The notes under the pieces: generated by a model
The model's input: only the letters and a program-made list of their open reading frames with translations
What the model was told of the DNA's origin: nothing
Database searches by the model: none
Source of the DNA: Chlorokybus atmophyticus
Lineage: Eukaryota > Plantae > Mesostigma and Chlorokybus algae
Direction of reading: 5' to 3'
Length of the DNA: 64,000 nucleotides
NCBI GenBank assembly: GCA_009103225.1
Contig: RHPI01003762.1
Location: forward strand, 151,586 to 215,585
Position numbers and translations under genes: made by a program
In this document: positions 33,907-45,419 of the stretch, one piece after another
Numbering within the stretch: the first letter of the stretch is position 1
Layout: each line of letters begins with the position of its first letter

Positions 33907-36900
33907 TTGTCGTCGGCGAAACATGTGGAACTCCACAACTCCAGTAGCTATGTGGTACTGCTCCTGCACTGTAGCCTGGTCTTTGTAGACAGGGAAGTGT
34001 GCAGTGAGCTGAGGCCTGGTCAGTAGCATGTGTGCTGCTACTTGTGCGCTCCAGCGACGCTCGGATGGCTCCTGAAAGGCCACTTCTTTGGTGACAGTCT
34101 CCTGAGACTCATCGTACGGTGTAGGAGAGTCCTCTTCAGCGTTTAGGCTCGGGCTCGAGCTCGTTGCAGTTGTCCTTGGCTGCGTTCGGGCACGAGGCAC
34201 ACATGCTTTCTGTAGGAGTGTAGGTGGCTGCTGCGGCCGACCTTCGTTGCGAGCGGGCCTTGGCCACCAGCTCGAGAGGTAGGAATCCCTGCTCCTCTCC
34301 ATCATCCTCATCATCCTCATCCCAATGTGGTCGGAACCATGCCTGCTCAGTCCAGCAGTCCATCCCCATGCCGACAGGAAAGTTGAAGTCCTGTCCCAGC
34401 AGTAGGTCAAATGACCCGGCATCGGTGACCACACACCTTTGTACAATCTCGGTGCTGTGGGAAGGGTTTAGTCCTGTGAGGCGGATGCTCACAGTCTGCT
34501 TGGTAAGGCCGAGCACCTTGTCGCAGTTGCCGGTCGCGGTGTCCAGCTGGCAGGGACAGGGAAGCAGCTCAGCGCTGGTGATGCCGAGATCTCGTGCGAG
34601 GTAGCGCTCAATGATGACAGGCTGTGCTCCAGTGTCCAGCATCACGCGTTTGGGTGCCCGACCATTGACGGTCACGTGCTTGCCTTGGTTGGCGATCATG
34701 GCTGCATTGGCGTTGATGCGCAGCCTCTTGAAGCGACGGAACCTCTTGCGTGGAGAGACTGTTGATTCACCCTCATCTGCGGGGCCTGACCGTAGGGCAG
34801 CCAGGGCTCCTCTGTCTGATGGATCTTGTGGGCCTCCTTGTCCTCGGCTTTGTCCAAACCGTCCTTGTCGCGGCTGCTGGTACACGCGTGGTGGCCTAGG
34901 CCTTGGAGGTGCTGCTGCAACCTGTCCAAGTGGAGGTGCAGGAGGGTTGACCCGTGTGCAGCTGTTGTCATGCCAGGAGAGGTGGCCAGTGGCTGAAGCG
35001 GGAACCCTGGAGGACCTGGTGTTTGCGGGACTGCCTCTCGTGCAGCCTGCTCCTCTGCATAGGTCCATCGCACAGCATGGGCTGCCTTCCTGACTAGTGT
35101 ACCTTCCCATGTAGCCGTCGCATTGTTGTTCACGTCTATATAGCGATGGTTCTGAGGCATGGGTTGCAGGTACACTAAGCGTAGGAGCCACGCTCTCATG
35201 TCGTGAGTGATGGTGGGCACCCTGAGGATCCCTGCCATGTAAGCATCCCATCTGCCGTTGACCACTCCCACTTCCAGCACTGTTATTGCTCGTGCGCGTA
35301 CAGTGAGGCGGATCTCTGGCTGTTGGACATGCTGCTCGTAAGCAACGGCGATGCGCCTGCGCTGACGTCCTGCCTCCACTCCTGGCAAACTCAGTATAGC
35401 CTCCAGAGCTCCCTCCAGAGTGTCAGTGGCGGCGGAAGCCACTTCATCATAGGCTTGCCGTATGGAGCGAAGGAATGCGTCCACCCACGCTATTCTGGCG
35501 CCGAAAGCAAACAACGGGACTGCGGGATGGTTGGTTACCAGCCACTTCACTAACCGCGCGCGCGCCGCGTTGCCATTGTCTCGCATCCCAAGCATCTGCC
35601 GAAGCCCAATGCCTTCTTGCCGATGCAGCATGGTTGCTTGTCGCAACAGAGCAGTGCGTAGTTGTTGCTCTCCAACCAGTCCTGCTCCATCTCTTTGTGT
35701 ACACCCTTGTGGTGTAAGGTAGCCCCTCCCTGGCTCCCTTTGGTCCTCAGGTAGATCCTCCACCAGCGCAGGCAGCAACGGGGCGATCACCCCCCTGGTT
35801 TGTTGAGCCAACGCCCTCGCTTGGTCAAAAATGGTCTCGACGAAGAGCGGAGTGGTGCTGGAGGATGGACCAGCAGCTGGTGGCTGAGGTACTAGTGCAC
35901 GCGTAGCTTCAAGAGCTTGTTCACGTGCAGCAATGGCGGCAGCTTGATCTTGTAGCCAATGATATGCTTGTTCCAGTGCGTGGTAGCGCTGATGAAGGCG
36001 AGCGGTTGTAGGAGGTCCGAGTGCTTCATCAGTGCCCAAAGGCAGGTCGGCTGCGTCGGTGATGCGCTGCTGGACGGTGTCTCGGCGGTCCCGATACGTG
36101 TCCAGCGGGCTGGGTTCAAAGATGGTGGTTGGCATGCGTGTAGGCTGGTGCGGGGCGGTCTGCATGTTGTTGTGCAACGCCCAGATTAGCTGCAGGGCCA
36201 ACTCCAATACTACAGGTGGGCTGTAGCTGATCAAAAACACCCTGTCACGCATCGGAGGTGCAGTGCCAGCAAGGATCTCATCTTCCAACTGGTGTTGAGT
36301 GAGTGCTGGAAGGGTGTGAACCTCTGGTAATGGGAAGACGCGATCATCGCGGGCGACACGCGTGGTGCGCTCCCCCCCCCGACCGAAAGCGATGGTAGTG
36401 GGGTCTGCTCCGCGCAGGATGGTCTCCCATGCCCGCTCAGCTTGCTGACCAATTGGGACAGCCTGAGTGACGTCGAGAGCGGGCAAAGTGGCTACGCGCG
36501 TCGCTGCAGAGACAGCGGGCTCGACGATGGCAATTGCGGCAGTTGCGACGGTACCGGTCAGTGGCGCGAGAGTTGTCTCAACGCCTACGGACAGAGGCAC
36601 TGCTGCAGTGGGAAGTGCACCGCCCACTAGTGCAGACTCGGTAGAGATGGTGGCTGTTGCCATTGTGCTCACTAGTGTCGGCGTCACGGTGTCCATCGGT
36701 GTACCAGATTGTGGTGCAACTGGAGTGGGTGTTGCTGACGTTGGTGGAGTCGACGTTGTAGCCGGTATGGCTGTTGCTGCGGAGGCAGCACCATTGGTGG
36801 CTTCGGAGGAGGTACCTGCTGATGTTGTTGCAGCTTCCCCTCGTGCTCGTCGTGATGGTTGCACGCGGGACGGAGTATTCCTGTCTCTCTCGCGTTTTGC

Positions 36901-39900
36901 AGCCATCAGCGCCCATCGGGCAGCGTAGCAGGCGCGGTAGTCCTGCTCCTTGTCTTCCTCCAAGCGTGCCATACGCGCCATGAGGGCTGCCATATGGTCA
37001 TCAGCTGGTGGGTTGGCTGAAGCCTTGGCGGCAACAGCAGCAGCGCGCGGATGTGTCTCTGGTCCCTTACGCTGAGGAGGTCTGTTCTTCCCCCTGTAGC
37101 CTTGCTCTTCCTTGCGAACACTGGCGTTGTTGTTGTTGTTACTGCCACCAGCGTTGTTGCTGTTGTGGGCTCCAGTGTTGTTGCTATTGTAGCCACTGAA
37201 GTGGTTGCCAGTGTGGCCTCCAGTGTTGTTGTTGTTGTAGCCACTGAAGTTGTTGACAGTGTGGCCTCCAGTGTTGTTACTGTTGTAGCCACCGGAATAG
37301 TTGTGGTTGTAGCTGTTGGCGGGCCTCAACTCTGGGAACTTGAGCCAGCAGACTGATTCCAAATGGCCAGTCTTGTGACAGTGGTCGCAAACCAAAGTTG
37401 AGTATTCTTCGGTGCACTCCTTTTTGTAGTGCCCATGCCGTCCACAGCGATGACACAGCACAGGGGCAGCAAGTGCAGCATGAGCTGACCGTTTCCCTTT
37501 GTCGCGTGCTAGTGGAGCGTCCCGGCCACGGTCGCGGCGAGGAGGCTCAGTTGTCGTGCTGACTACAGGCCGTGCGGCGCTGCGGTTGGTGTCCAGCACT
37601 GCCTTCTCATACACCAAGCGCTTGTGGATGGCTTGTGCAGTCTCGAAGGCTTCTTTGAGGGTGTAGCCAAGGGGCCTGCTGTAGTTCAGAGTCAGGCGTG
37701 TCGACTCGCTCAGAGCAGCATCCAACTCATTGACGTATATCACTGCAGCAGCCTCCTCACTGACAATCTTGTAGTCAGTGTCCTTCAGCAGACCTTCCAG
37801 TCTGGAGTACAAGCGGAGGGGATCCTCATTGGGCTTGCGTCGGAAGCGTCTCAGCTCCTCAACCTTGCTGGTGGTCTGAGGAGGGAAGGTGCGGCGCAGG
37901 GCAGCGTACAGGTCCTTGAGTGGAGTATCAGAGATGGCAGCACCTATGGTGATGGCTGGTGCGCGCAGTGCTACTAACCCGAGGGTGAAAGCACTGCCTC
38001 CTGCACGAGAGCCAGGTGTTGCTAGAGGTAGAGGAGTACCCAACTCTGCGGCTGCCGCTTGCTGTGCAGCTCTTTGTTCCTCAATGATGATGGCAGAACG
38101 GTTAAGGATGCGGACTCGACGTGTGGCCTCCTTGGACTCAACTTCTGCAAGCGTCAAGTTGACAAGTACCAACTCTGGTTCCTCCTCCTCTGCCTGCTTG
38201 AGAGCTGCAGCTATGGACAAGCCTGTTGCTGCAACTGCAGTGGCAGGTGGAACGACACCTGCTGGACGGTGCAGAGATGCAGATGCTATGGTGCTGGCAA
38301 GCTCGCCATAGCCGTCTACTCGATGCAGTTCAGCAACGGACTTTCAGACATCGTGTGCTTCATGATCAAGATACTGAGCAGCAATGTGGAAAGAGATCTC
38401 ATCTGACCAGTCTTTCTTCTTCAGAGCTTGCTGCCGCATATTAGAGTGGAACTTGATGATGAACTCATCCAGCGAGGTGGTGCCGGCACATCCAGAGAAG
38501 CGCAGGGATGTGGTTGAGCTGGAAGAATCCATCTCGTTGTCGTCGCTATCCGATGATAGTGGAGAAGCTTGATGACGAGGAGTACTCCTACTAGTAGAGT
38601 ACTCCTACTAGTAGAGTGGAGCGGGGTGAAGCTGGAGATGGAGCGCGAGCCTCTGCTGGTGCGGTCGATGCTCCTGTCACTGGTCCGCTCGTAGGTGAGG
38701 TTGGTGGTTGGGCTCCAACTGCTGAGGTCACCCTCGTCTATTGGGGAGAACGGGGTGGGCCTGCTCATACAGCTGGTCCAGAGGTGAAAGGGTAGAGTGC
38801 TTGTGCTCTACCGTCTATCCTGATGCTGTTACCACCCAACACACTAGTGCTTGTGCGCACTATGTGATGACAATGATAACGAATGCCCAGCGATGTATCC
38901 CTGGGTGCAGACTGCACTATCTGATGCAGATTGCAACACACTCACTTGTGCAAAGAGGGTGACACTGTAAGTCAACAAGCCACTACGATAGGTAGTGCTG
39001 TGGACACAGTTCTTTGCATGAGTGGATAGAATGATACACTGTTAAGTGAGGTGAATGAGTGTGCAACACGTGGATACAACACCCTGACTACTGAAACAAC
39101 ACACCACCGTCAAGCTCACAGCAATGACAGGCACAGCGCACAAGAGCATGCACCGTGTCTCACGCAGTAAGGGAATTCTTGGCAACCGGGACAGCGTGCT
39201 TCCAGTTCAAGTCGCTTCACAAGCTCTTTAGAAACAGAGTCTTTACTTCTTAGTATTCCTAGTACTCACAGTACTCACTTACAGTGTCACCAGCCAGTCT
39301 GGTGACGTGATTTCCTACTTATACATGTCAAACTACGACTGTGCAGTGCCACGCGGGCACTAGGCCAACGGTCACATCGAGGCCTCATGCTATTTCGGAA
39401 ATCCTTTAAGACTCGATATAGCACATGTGTTATTAACAGACTTACAACTGATCAGCTACGCGCGGTCCCTACAGACAGGTCTATAAAGTAGCCCTAGCTA
39501 CATGCTACATGGGAGGTACAGTAGCTAGCAGTAGGCTGGGGCTCGCGCGGTCTTCATGCTGGTAGCCCGGGCGTGGGGCTGGGTGTAGGCATGCTCGAGA
39601 AGGACTGGCATGCTAGGGTAGATGGCATGACAGTATAAAAGCGACATTTTCAAATGTGCAATACAACCTTTAGCTCCCTGAGTTCCTGTGTGCAAGCCTG
39701 GTGATGGTTAGCAGCGGTTGCTAACGTGTGTCCACTGCGGTGTGCTTGCTTGTGTGACGTTTCAAGGCTCTACACAAGTTGGTGTAGCTTCGAGCGCATG
39801 CGTTCGTACGCGAGTGGCCGGGCGCGCGTGTGTGCTTGGCAGAGGGGGCAAGGTTCCGATGTGAACATCTTATCTTGGTGAGAGGGTTGTTGATTGGACC

Positions 39901-40131
39901 AACTCACGGGTGACAAGGCACGAGCACCGTTACAACTGGTATCGAAGCACGTTTTACGAAGGTGACAGAGGAAGTGTGTGGGCGTTTACACTTTTCATTC
40001 AAAAGCGGAGTGCAGTGTGTTAGTGAGGATGCTCGCATGGAAGAGCTTCAAGCTGCCATCTTAGCATTGAGGGAAGAGCTTCATCACACTCAAGCGGCGG
40101 CACAAGGCAATGCGAGGCGTATGAGCATGCG

Positions 40132-41064
40132 ATGGCGCGTGTACAAGTTCCCATGGCATCAAGCTCGCGTGTGCATGTGAAGGTTATAAAGCCCAAGCCA
40201 TTCAAGGGTCAACGTGATGGAGATGCAGTAGACAAATGGATTTTTCAGGTATCGTCTTGGTTGAAGCTCACGGAGGTGCCCACGCATCTGCACGTGGAGG
40301 TTGCAGCGACATTGCTTAAAGGTGCAGCACTTGCATGGTGGAGACGCCGTTGTACGCGTGATGCAAGTGGGTTGGCGCTGCCATTGACCACCATGGAAGA
40401 GTTGGGTCTGAACATCAGGCATCAGTTTGTTACCGTGGAGAGTGTAAAGGCCGCACGCGATAAAATTGCAGCCCTTGTGCAAACGGGGTCGATGACGGCG
40501 TACACGGCTACGTTTCAGCGTTGGGTGATGTCCATACCCAACATGACCGAGGAAAATCTGTTGGACATGTACACACGTGGTTTGAAACCTTTGAGACGCA
40601 AAGAAGTGGAGCTACGGGACCCTAAAACTCTAGCGGAAGCTATACGCATCGCGAAGCATCTCGACGCGTCGTACTTCAAGTTTTCTGCAATAAACGCTGA
40701 CTGCAGGCGTGGGAGCAAGCAAGAGCGTGGTGATAAGCCTAGGGGAAGCTTTCAACATGCATGGACACAAAAGGAACCAAGTTCACAACTTGCAAAGGAA
40801 GGTGGAGCTGATTTTGGACCATCACCAATGGAGGTGGGTGCCGTACACACGCGTAACGGCGTGGCGAAGCACAGTGGACGTGATGAGGCAAGTAGCAGCG
40901 TGCGCAAGTGTTACGTGTGCGGTTCGACACAACATTTGGCGTTCAATTGCTCGAAGCGGCGCACGCAAACGTCTGCATCAGCTGGCAACACATATCGCGC
41001 ACGATGCATGAACGCAATGGAGGAAGATGGCATGGAGGATCAGGGGAACGTCTCCACCCAGTAG
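40132..41064 (+). CDS. gag: Gypsy-3 Gag (intact ORF)
   Basis: KPKPFKG..W..LVQTGSMTAY core and CYVCGSTQHLAFNC zinc knuckle; start codon not defined. Confidence 0.85.
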   Translation: MARVQVPMASSSRVHVKVIKPKPFKGQRDGDAVDKWIFQVSSWLKLTEVPTHLHVEVAATLLKGAALAWWRRRCTRDASGLALPLTTMEELGLNIRHQFVTVESVKAARDKIAALVQTGSMTAYTATFQRWVMSIPNMTEENLLDMYTRGLKPLRRKEVELRDPKTLAEAIRIAKHLDASYFKFSAINADCRRGSKQERGDKPRGSFQHAWTQKEPSSQLAKEGGADFGPSPMEVGAVHTRNGVAKHSGRDEASSSVRKCYVCGSTQHLAFNCSKRRTQTSASAGNTYRARCMNAMEEDGMEDQGNVSTQ

Positions 41065-44000
41065 GTAAGGAGGCTACTGCTGGGGATGAGGGGGAGCCTC
41101 ACGCACAAATGAAGATTGTAACATCGCAATTACGGAAGAACATGGAAGTGGCTATGAACACGCCCATGGTGGTCGGTTATGCAAGCGAGGAGGCAACAAA
41201 GTATGTTGGGCTTTTAGCACGCATTTGCGATAACCGAGGACAATGGAGGGAGTGCAACCTTGTCGTTGATAGTGGAGCAACAGCAACTTCATGAGTGGGG
41301 AGGTTGCACGGCGCTACGGTTGGCTTTCACCATTACAAGGAGGAGCATTGAAAGTCGCTGATGGGGAACCACCCTCTGGAGGTGCCGGGGATGCGTTTTT
41401 AACCAAGGAGTTGTGTGTTCAAATGGGGAAATTGAAGGAGAGTATGCGTTGCTGCATCACCCTACGAAACGGTTTAATGGATTAATGGGACTACCGTGGC
41501 TGTGGTAACATAACCCATCTATCGATTGGAGGAAGCGTGTGCTCACCATCAAGGGAAACGATGGAGAGTCTATTCAAGGTCTATGCGCGTGCTCCATCGA
41601 AGTGGAAGACCACTCTTGTGAGGAAAGCAAGAAGGGTTTTGTCATAGCTGCGTCAAACGTCGCTAAGGCAAGTATGTGCACGTGTGTTGAGCACCTGCAA
41701 GGGGATACAAGCACCGAAAAGGCACGGCGCGCGCAATCAGGTGGGATTCGCATTGCTCAAGTTACCTATGTGCAATCTAGGAGGCTGCTATCCCCACAAA
41801 AAGCGAAGGCTGCATGGTTGTGCGTGGTGCGTAAGACCACATCAAAGTCAGCACCGAAGCTGAGTCACTGTACTGAGACAGCCACGATGGACCCCAGGTG
41901 TGCAAACTTGTTCAGGACTACCAAGATATGATGGTGGACGGACTTCCAGTTGGTTTGCCACCCTCGCAGAGCGTTGATCACCTTGTGGAGTTAATTGAGG
42001 GCGTGCACAAGCCACCCTACAGCGCTGTATATAAGTTGTCACCTCTGGAGTTGAAGGAGGCTGAGAAGCGGATCTTCCAAAGTGAGGTTACATCCGGCCA
42101 AGTAGGTCACCTTATGGTGCACCAATACTGTTCGTGCGAATAAAGAACGGGAGCCTGCGTATGTGCATTGACTACCGAGCGCTCAACACGATTACAAAGG
42201 GAAACTGCTTTCCACTACCGCGTATTGACGAGTTGCTGGAGCAGCTACAAGGTGCGCAATACTTTACCACACTTGATCTTGCTGGAGGTTATCATCAGAT
42301 CCGCATCGTACCTGAGGACGTTGAGAAGACAGCGTCAACACGCGCTATGGACACTATGAGTGGTTAATGATATCGTTTGGGCTTACGTATGCGCCAACGA
42401 CATTTCAGATGTTGATGAACAACGTTTTTGCTGACTGGGTAAGGGAGTCCTCAAGTACCTCGACGACATTCCAGTGTACTCGAAGACGAAAGACGAGCAT
42501 GTGAGTCTTCTACGGCGCGTGTTGCAGCGTTTACGCGAGCACAAGTTGTACGCTCAGCTAAAGAAGTGCAAGTTTTTGCTACGCGAGGTGGAGTACCCGG
42601 GCCACATTGTGTCACACGAAAGAATCAAGCCGGACCCCAACAAAGTGCAAGTGGTGCGCAAATGGTCTGCCCCGACCAGCGTAAAGGAGGTGATGTCTTT
42701 TTTAGGCCTTGCGGGGTATTATCGCAAGTTTAGCATGGGGTTTCCGCGCACCGCGGCTCCTTTGACCACCCTACTCAAGAAAGGGAAGTGTTGGAGCTGG
42801 TCTACAAAGAAAGAGCATGCATTTGCTGCGTTGGGGAAGGCGTTGACAGAGGCACCCATCTTGGCTCACCCCCACATGGACAAACCCTTCATTTTGGCTT
42901 GTGACGCATCCGACACAGCTGTGGGAGCTGTGTTACAGCAAGACCAAGGCATGGGTCTTCAACCTGTAGCGTATTTAGTAAGAAACTGAGTGGAGCAGAG
43001 CTGAACTACCCTGTGCACGAGAAGGAGCTATTGGTGCAATGATGGCGCTGCGACAATGGCAAGTCATTCTCAAAGGCAAAAGGTTCGTGCTGGAGACGGA
43101 CCATTCCCCATTAAGGTCTTTACAGACACAACCAGATCTGAGCCGAAGACAAGCGCGGTGGTTGGAGTTCTTTTAACTTTTGATTTTGAGATCAAGTACA
43201 AGCCCGGTACGTTTAATGGTGTGGCCGACGCGCTTAGCCGGTTGAATGCGATTAAAGCACTCGCTCAAGTGCAACCGGAGTGAGCCGATCAGATCCGACA
43301 AGTGCTTTGCAAAGACACATAAGGTAGGAAAGTCGTGCGGGACATGGAGAGCACAGCAACGGACACAAGTGGACGTTGGACAAAGCATGACGGCCTACTG
43401 TGGCATCATGGCCGCTTGTACATCCCCAATGTTGCACATATACGCGTTCCACTTTTAAAGGAAGCTGACGTACCCATTGCTGGCCACCAAAGAGTGGAGA
43501 GGACGTTGTCAAGCTTGAAACAACGCTTTTACTGGCGGGAGATGCATCGTGACGTACGCGACTATGTGGCGTTGTGCGACACATGTAAAAAGGTGAAAGC
43601 AAGCAACCAAAATCCAGGTGGCTTGCTACAACCTCTTCCCGTGCCATTGTCCAAGTGGGAGCAAGTTACTATAGACTTAATACGGGGCTGCCCAAGACAA
43701 CAGAAGGGTATGACGCAATACTTGTGTTCGTAGACAAAACCTGCAAAATGGTACGCTTGGCACCGTGTTGTGAGTCTTGCATGGCACCAGAGGCAGCAAG
43801 CTTGTTGATGAAGGATGTCTTTCGTTCCCACGGACTACCACGAAGCATTGTGAGCGATCGTCATCCCCGCTTCACAAGTAAGCTTGGGGAGGCGCTGCAT
43901 CGTGCATTGGGTACTACCCCAAAGTTTAGCATCGCTTTCCACCCGCAAACTGATGGCCAAACGGAGCGAGCCAACCGTGTGATTGAAGATATGTTGCGCT

Positions 44001-44700
44001 GCTACGTGAATGCATGGCAAGACAATTGGGCGGAGTTGCTGAAAGTGGTGGAATTTGCCATCCACAACTACACCAATGCAAGCACGGGTGTCACCCCCTT
44101 TCTCATGAACTATGGCCAACACCCGCTGACACCGCTGACGGCGTGGACACCGCGACGAAGTCACGTTGATGTGGAAGCAATAAGCGATTTTCTCTTCTTC
44201 CAACATGTGCGGACATCAATAACGCGGCAAGAGAGGCGCTATTGGTGGCACAAAATAGGCAAAAAAAGTACGCAGACGCGCATCGCCGACATGTCACATT
44301 TGAGAAGGCGACATGGTATTGCTTTTTGCGAGGAACTTACTTAGGTGCGTGCTGGAGTTTGCAAGTTAAGTGAGCGCTGGCTTGGGCCATTTCAAGTCAT
44401 TAGCGCGGAATCGGATGTGGCGTACAAGTTGCAATTGCCCGACTCTATGCACATCCACCCTGTCTTTCACAAGAGCCTTGCTGAAATCATATCAAAGAGA
44501 GCCACCATTGCGTCCACCGCCTGAGTTGGCTACGGAAGGTCATATGGAATACGAAAAGGAGGACATATTGGGTGAGAAAATGGTGTGCAACGTGCGCAAA
44601 TATTTGGTGAAGTGGAAAAGCTACCTATTGCATGAAGCCACTTGAGAACCGGAGGAGCACTTGGCAAATGCACAACATATCCTGCAACAGTACTTGCAAT
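41065..44700 (+). pseudogene. pol: Gypsy-3 pol (protease, RT, RNase H, integrase, chromodomain), frameshifted
   Basis: VVDSGAT; [20 protein letters not shown]; YLDD; LACDASDTAVGAVL; CDTC..LLQPLP; HPQTDGQTERAN; YEKEDIL..YLVKWK..EAT*EP. Confidence 0.9.
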
Positions 44701-44757
44701 GACGACCAGAGAATCCTCGAGAGCTTCGAGGACGAAGCTCACCTAGGGGGGGCTGCA

Positions 44758-45419
44758 TGTAACAGGCGAGGCCAAGTTTCATGATTTTAAGACATTTTTT
44801 GGCCCATTTGTCGAGCACCACGTTTTCATGACTTGTGGCAGATATTGGCGAGTTATGAGTCTGCCGCGGATATCGACCGGGGGCCCAGGACCAGTCCGGA
44901 AGGTGCCAGAAAACGGAGGGCCAGTCGAGAAGGGCTCGACCAGATTTCTGGAAGGGCCTGGTGCCAAGTAGTATAACTTGACCATATGAGCACCTAACCA
45001 GGAGATCTTTGGTGCGTAAGAAAGGTCTAGAAGTATACTACAAGGTTCTTCAATAACTTCTTAGCATCTAGTCTTGTGTAGCACGGGAATCGTCTAGACA
45101 GTAGCATGTGCAGACTGGTAGGTATAAAAGCAACATTCTACAATGTGTAATACAACATTTAGCTCCCTGAGTTCTTGTGTGCAAGCCTGGTGGTGGTTAG
45201 CAGGGGTTGCTAGCGTGTGTCCGCTGCAGTGTGCTTGCTTGTGTGACGATCCAAGGCGCTACACAAGTCAATGTAGCTTCGAGCGCATGCGCGTGCGTAC
45301 GCGAGTGGCGAGGCGCGCGTGTGTGCTTGGCAGAGGTGGCAAGGTTCCGGTGTGAATACCGTGCCTTGGTGAGAGGGTTGTTGATTGGACCAATTCACGA
45401 GTGACAAGGCACGAGCACC
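44758..45419 (+). repeat. 3' LTR of Gypsy-3, terminal bases replaced
   Basis: Matches 26055-26413 plus 39637-39928; TATAAAA at 45123-45129. Confidence 0.9.

Larger units (their letters stand above)
29644..38768 (-). pseudogene. Copy 2 polyprotein Gag-unknown-protease-DNMT-RT-RNase H-integrase-PHD, disrupted
   Basis: Colinear homolog of 12036-21149; 1174-aa ORF 34696-38220; DTG near 34630; RT ORF 31786-33009; integrase ~30300-31000. Confidence 0.92.
26414..39632 (-). mobile_element. DNMT/PHD Gypsy-like retrotransposon with split direct repeats, copy 2 (diverged subfamily)
   Basis: 4-bp TSD GTAT at 26410-26413 and 39633-39636, with the empty site visible at 45122-45125; A1 38971-39632, B1 29357-29590, A2 26641-29354 (interrupted by Copia), B2 26414-26647. 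Confidence 0.93.
26055..45419 (+). mobile_element. Ty3/Gypsy chromovirus (Gypsy-3) with its 5' LTR split by the 26414-39632 insertion
   Basis: 5' LTR 26055-26413 plus 39633-39934; PBS TGGTATCGAAGC near 39937; PPT AGGGGGGG near 44745; 3' LTR from 44758 with the match ending at ~45419; no TSD found. Confidence 0.88.
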
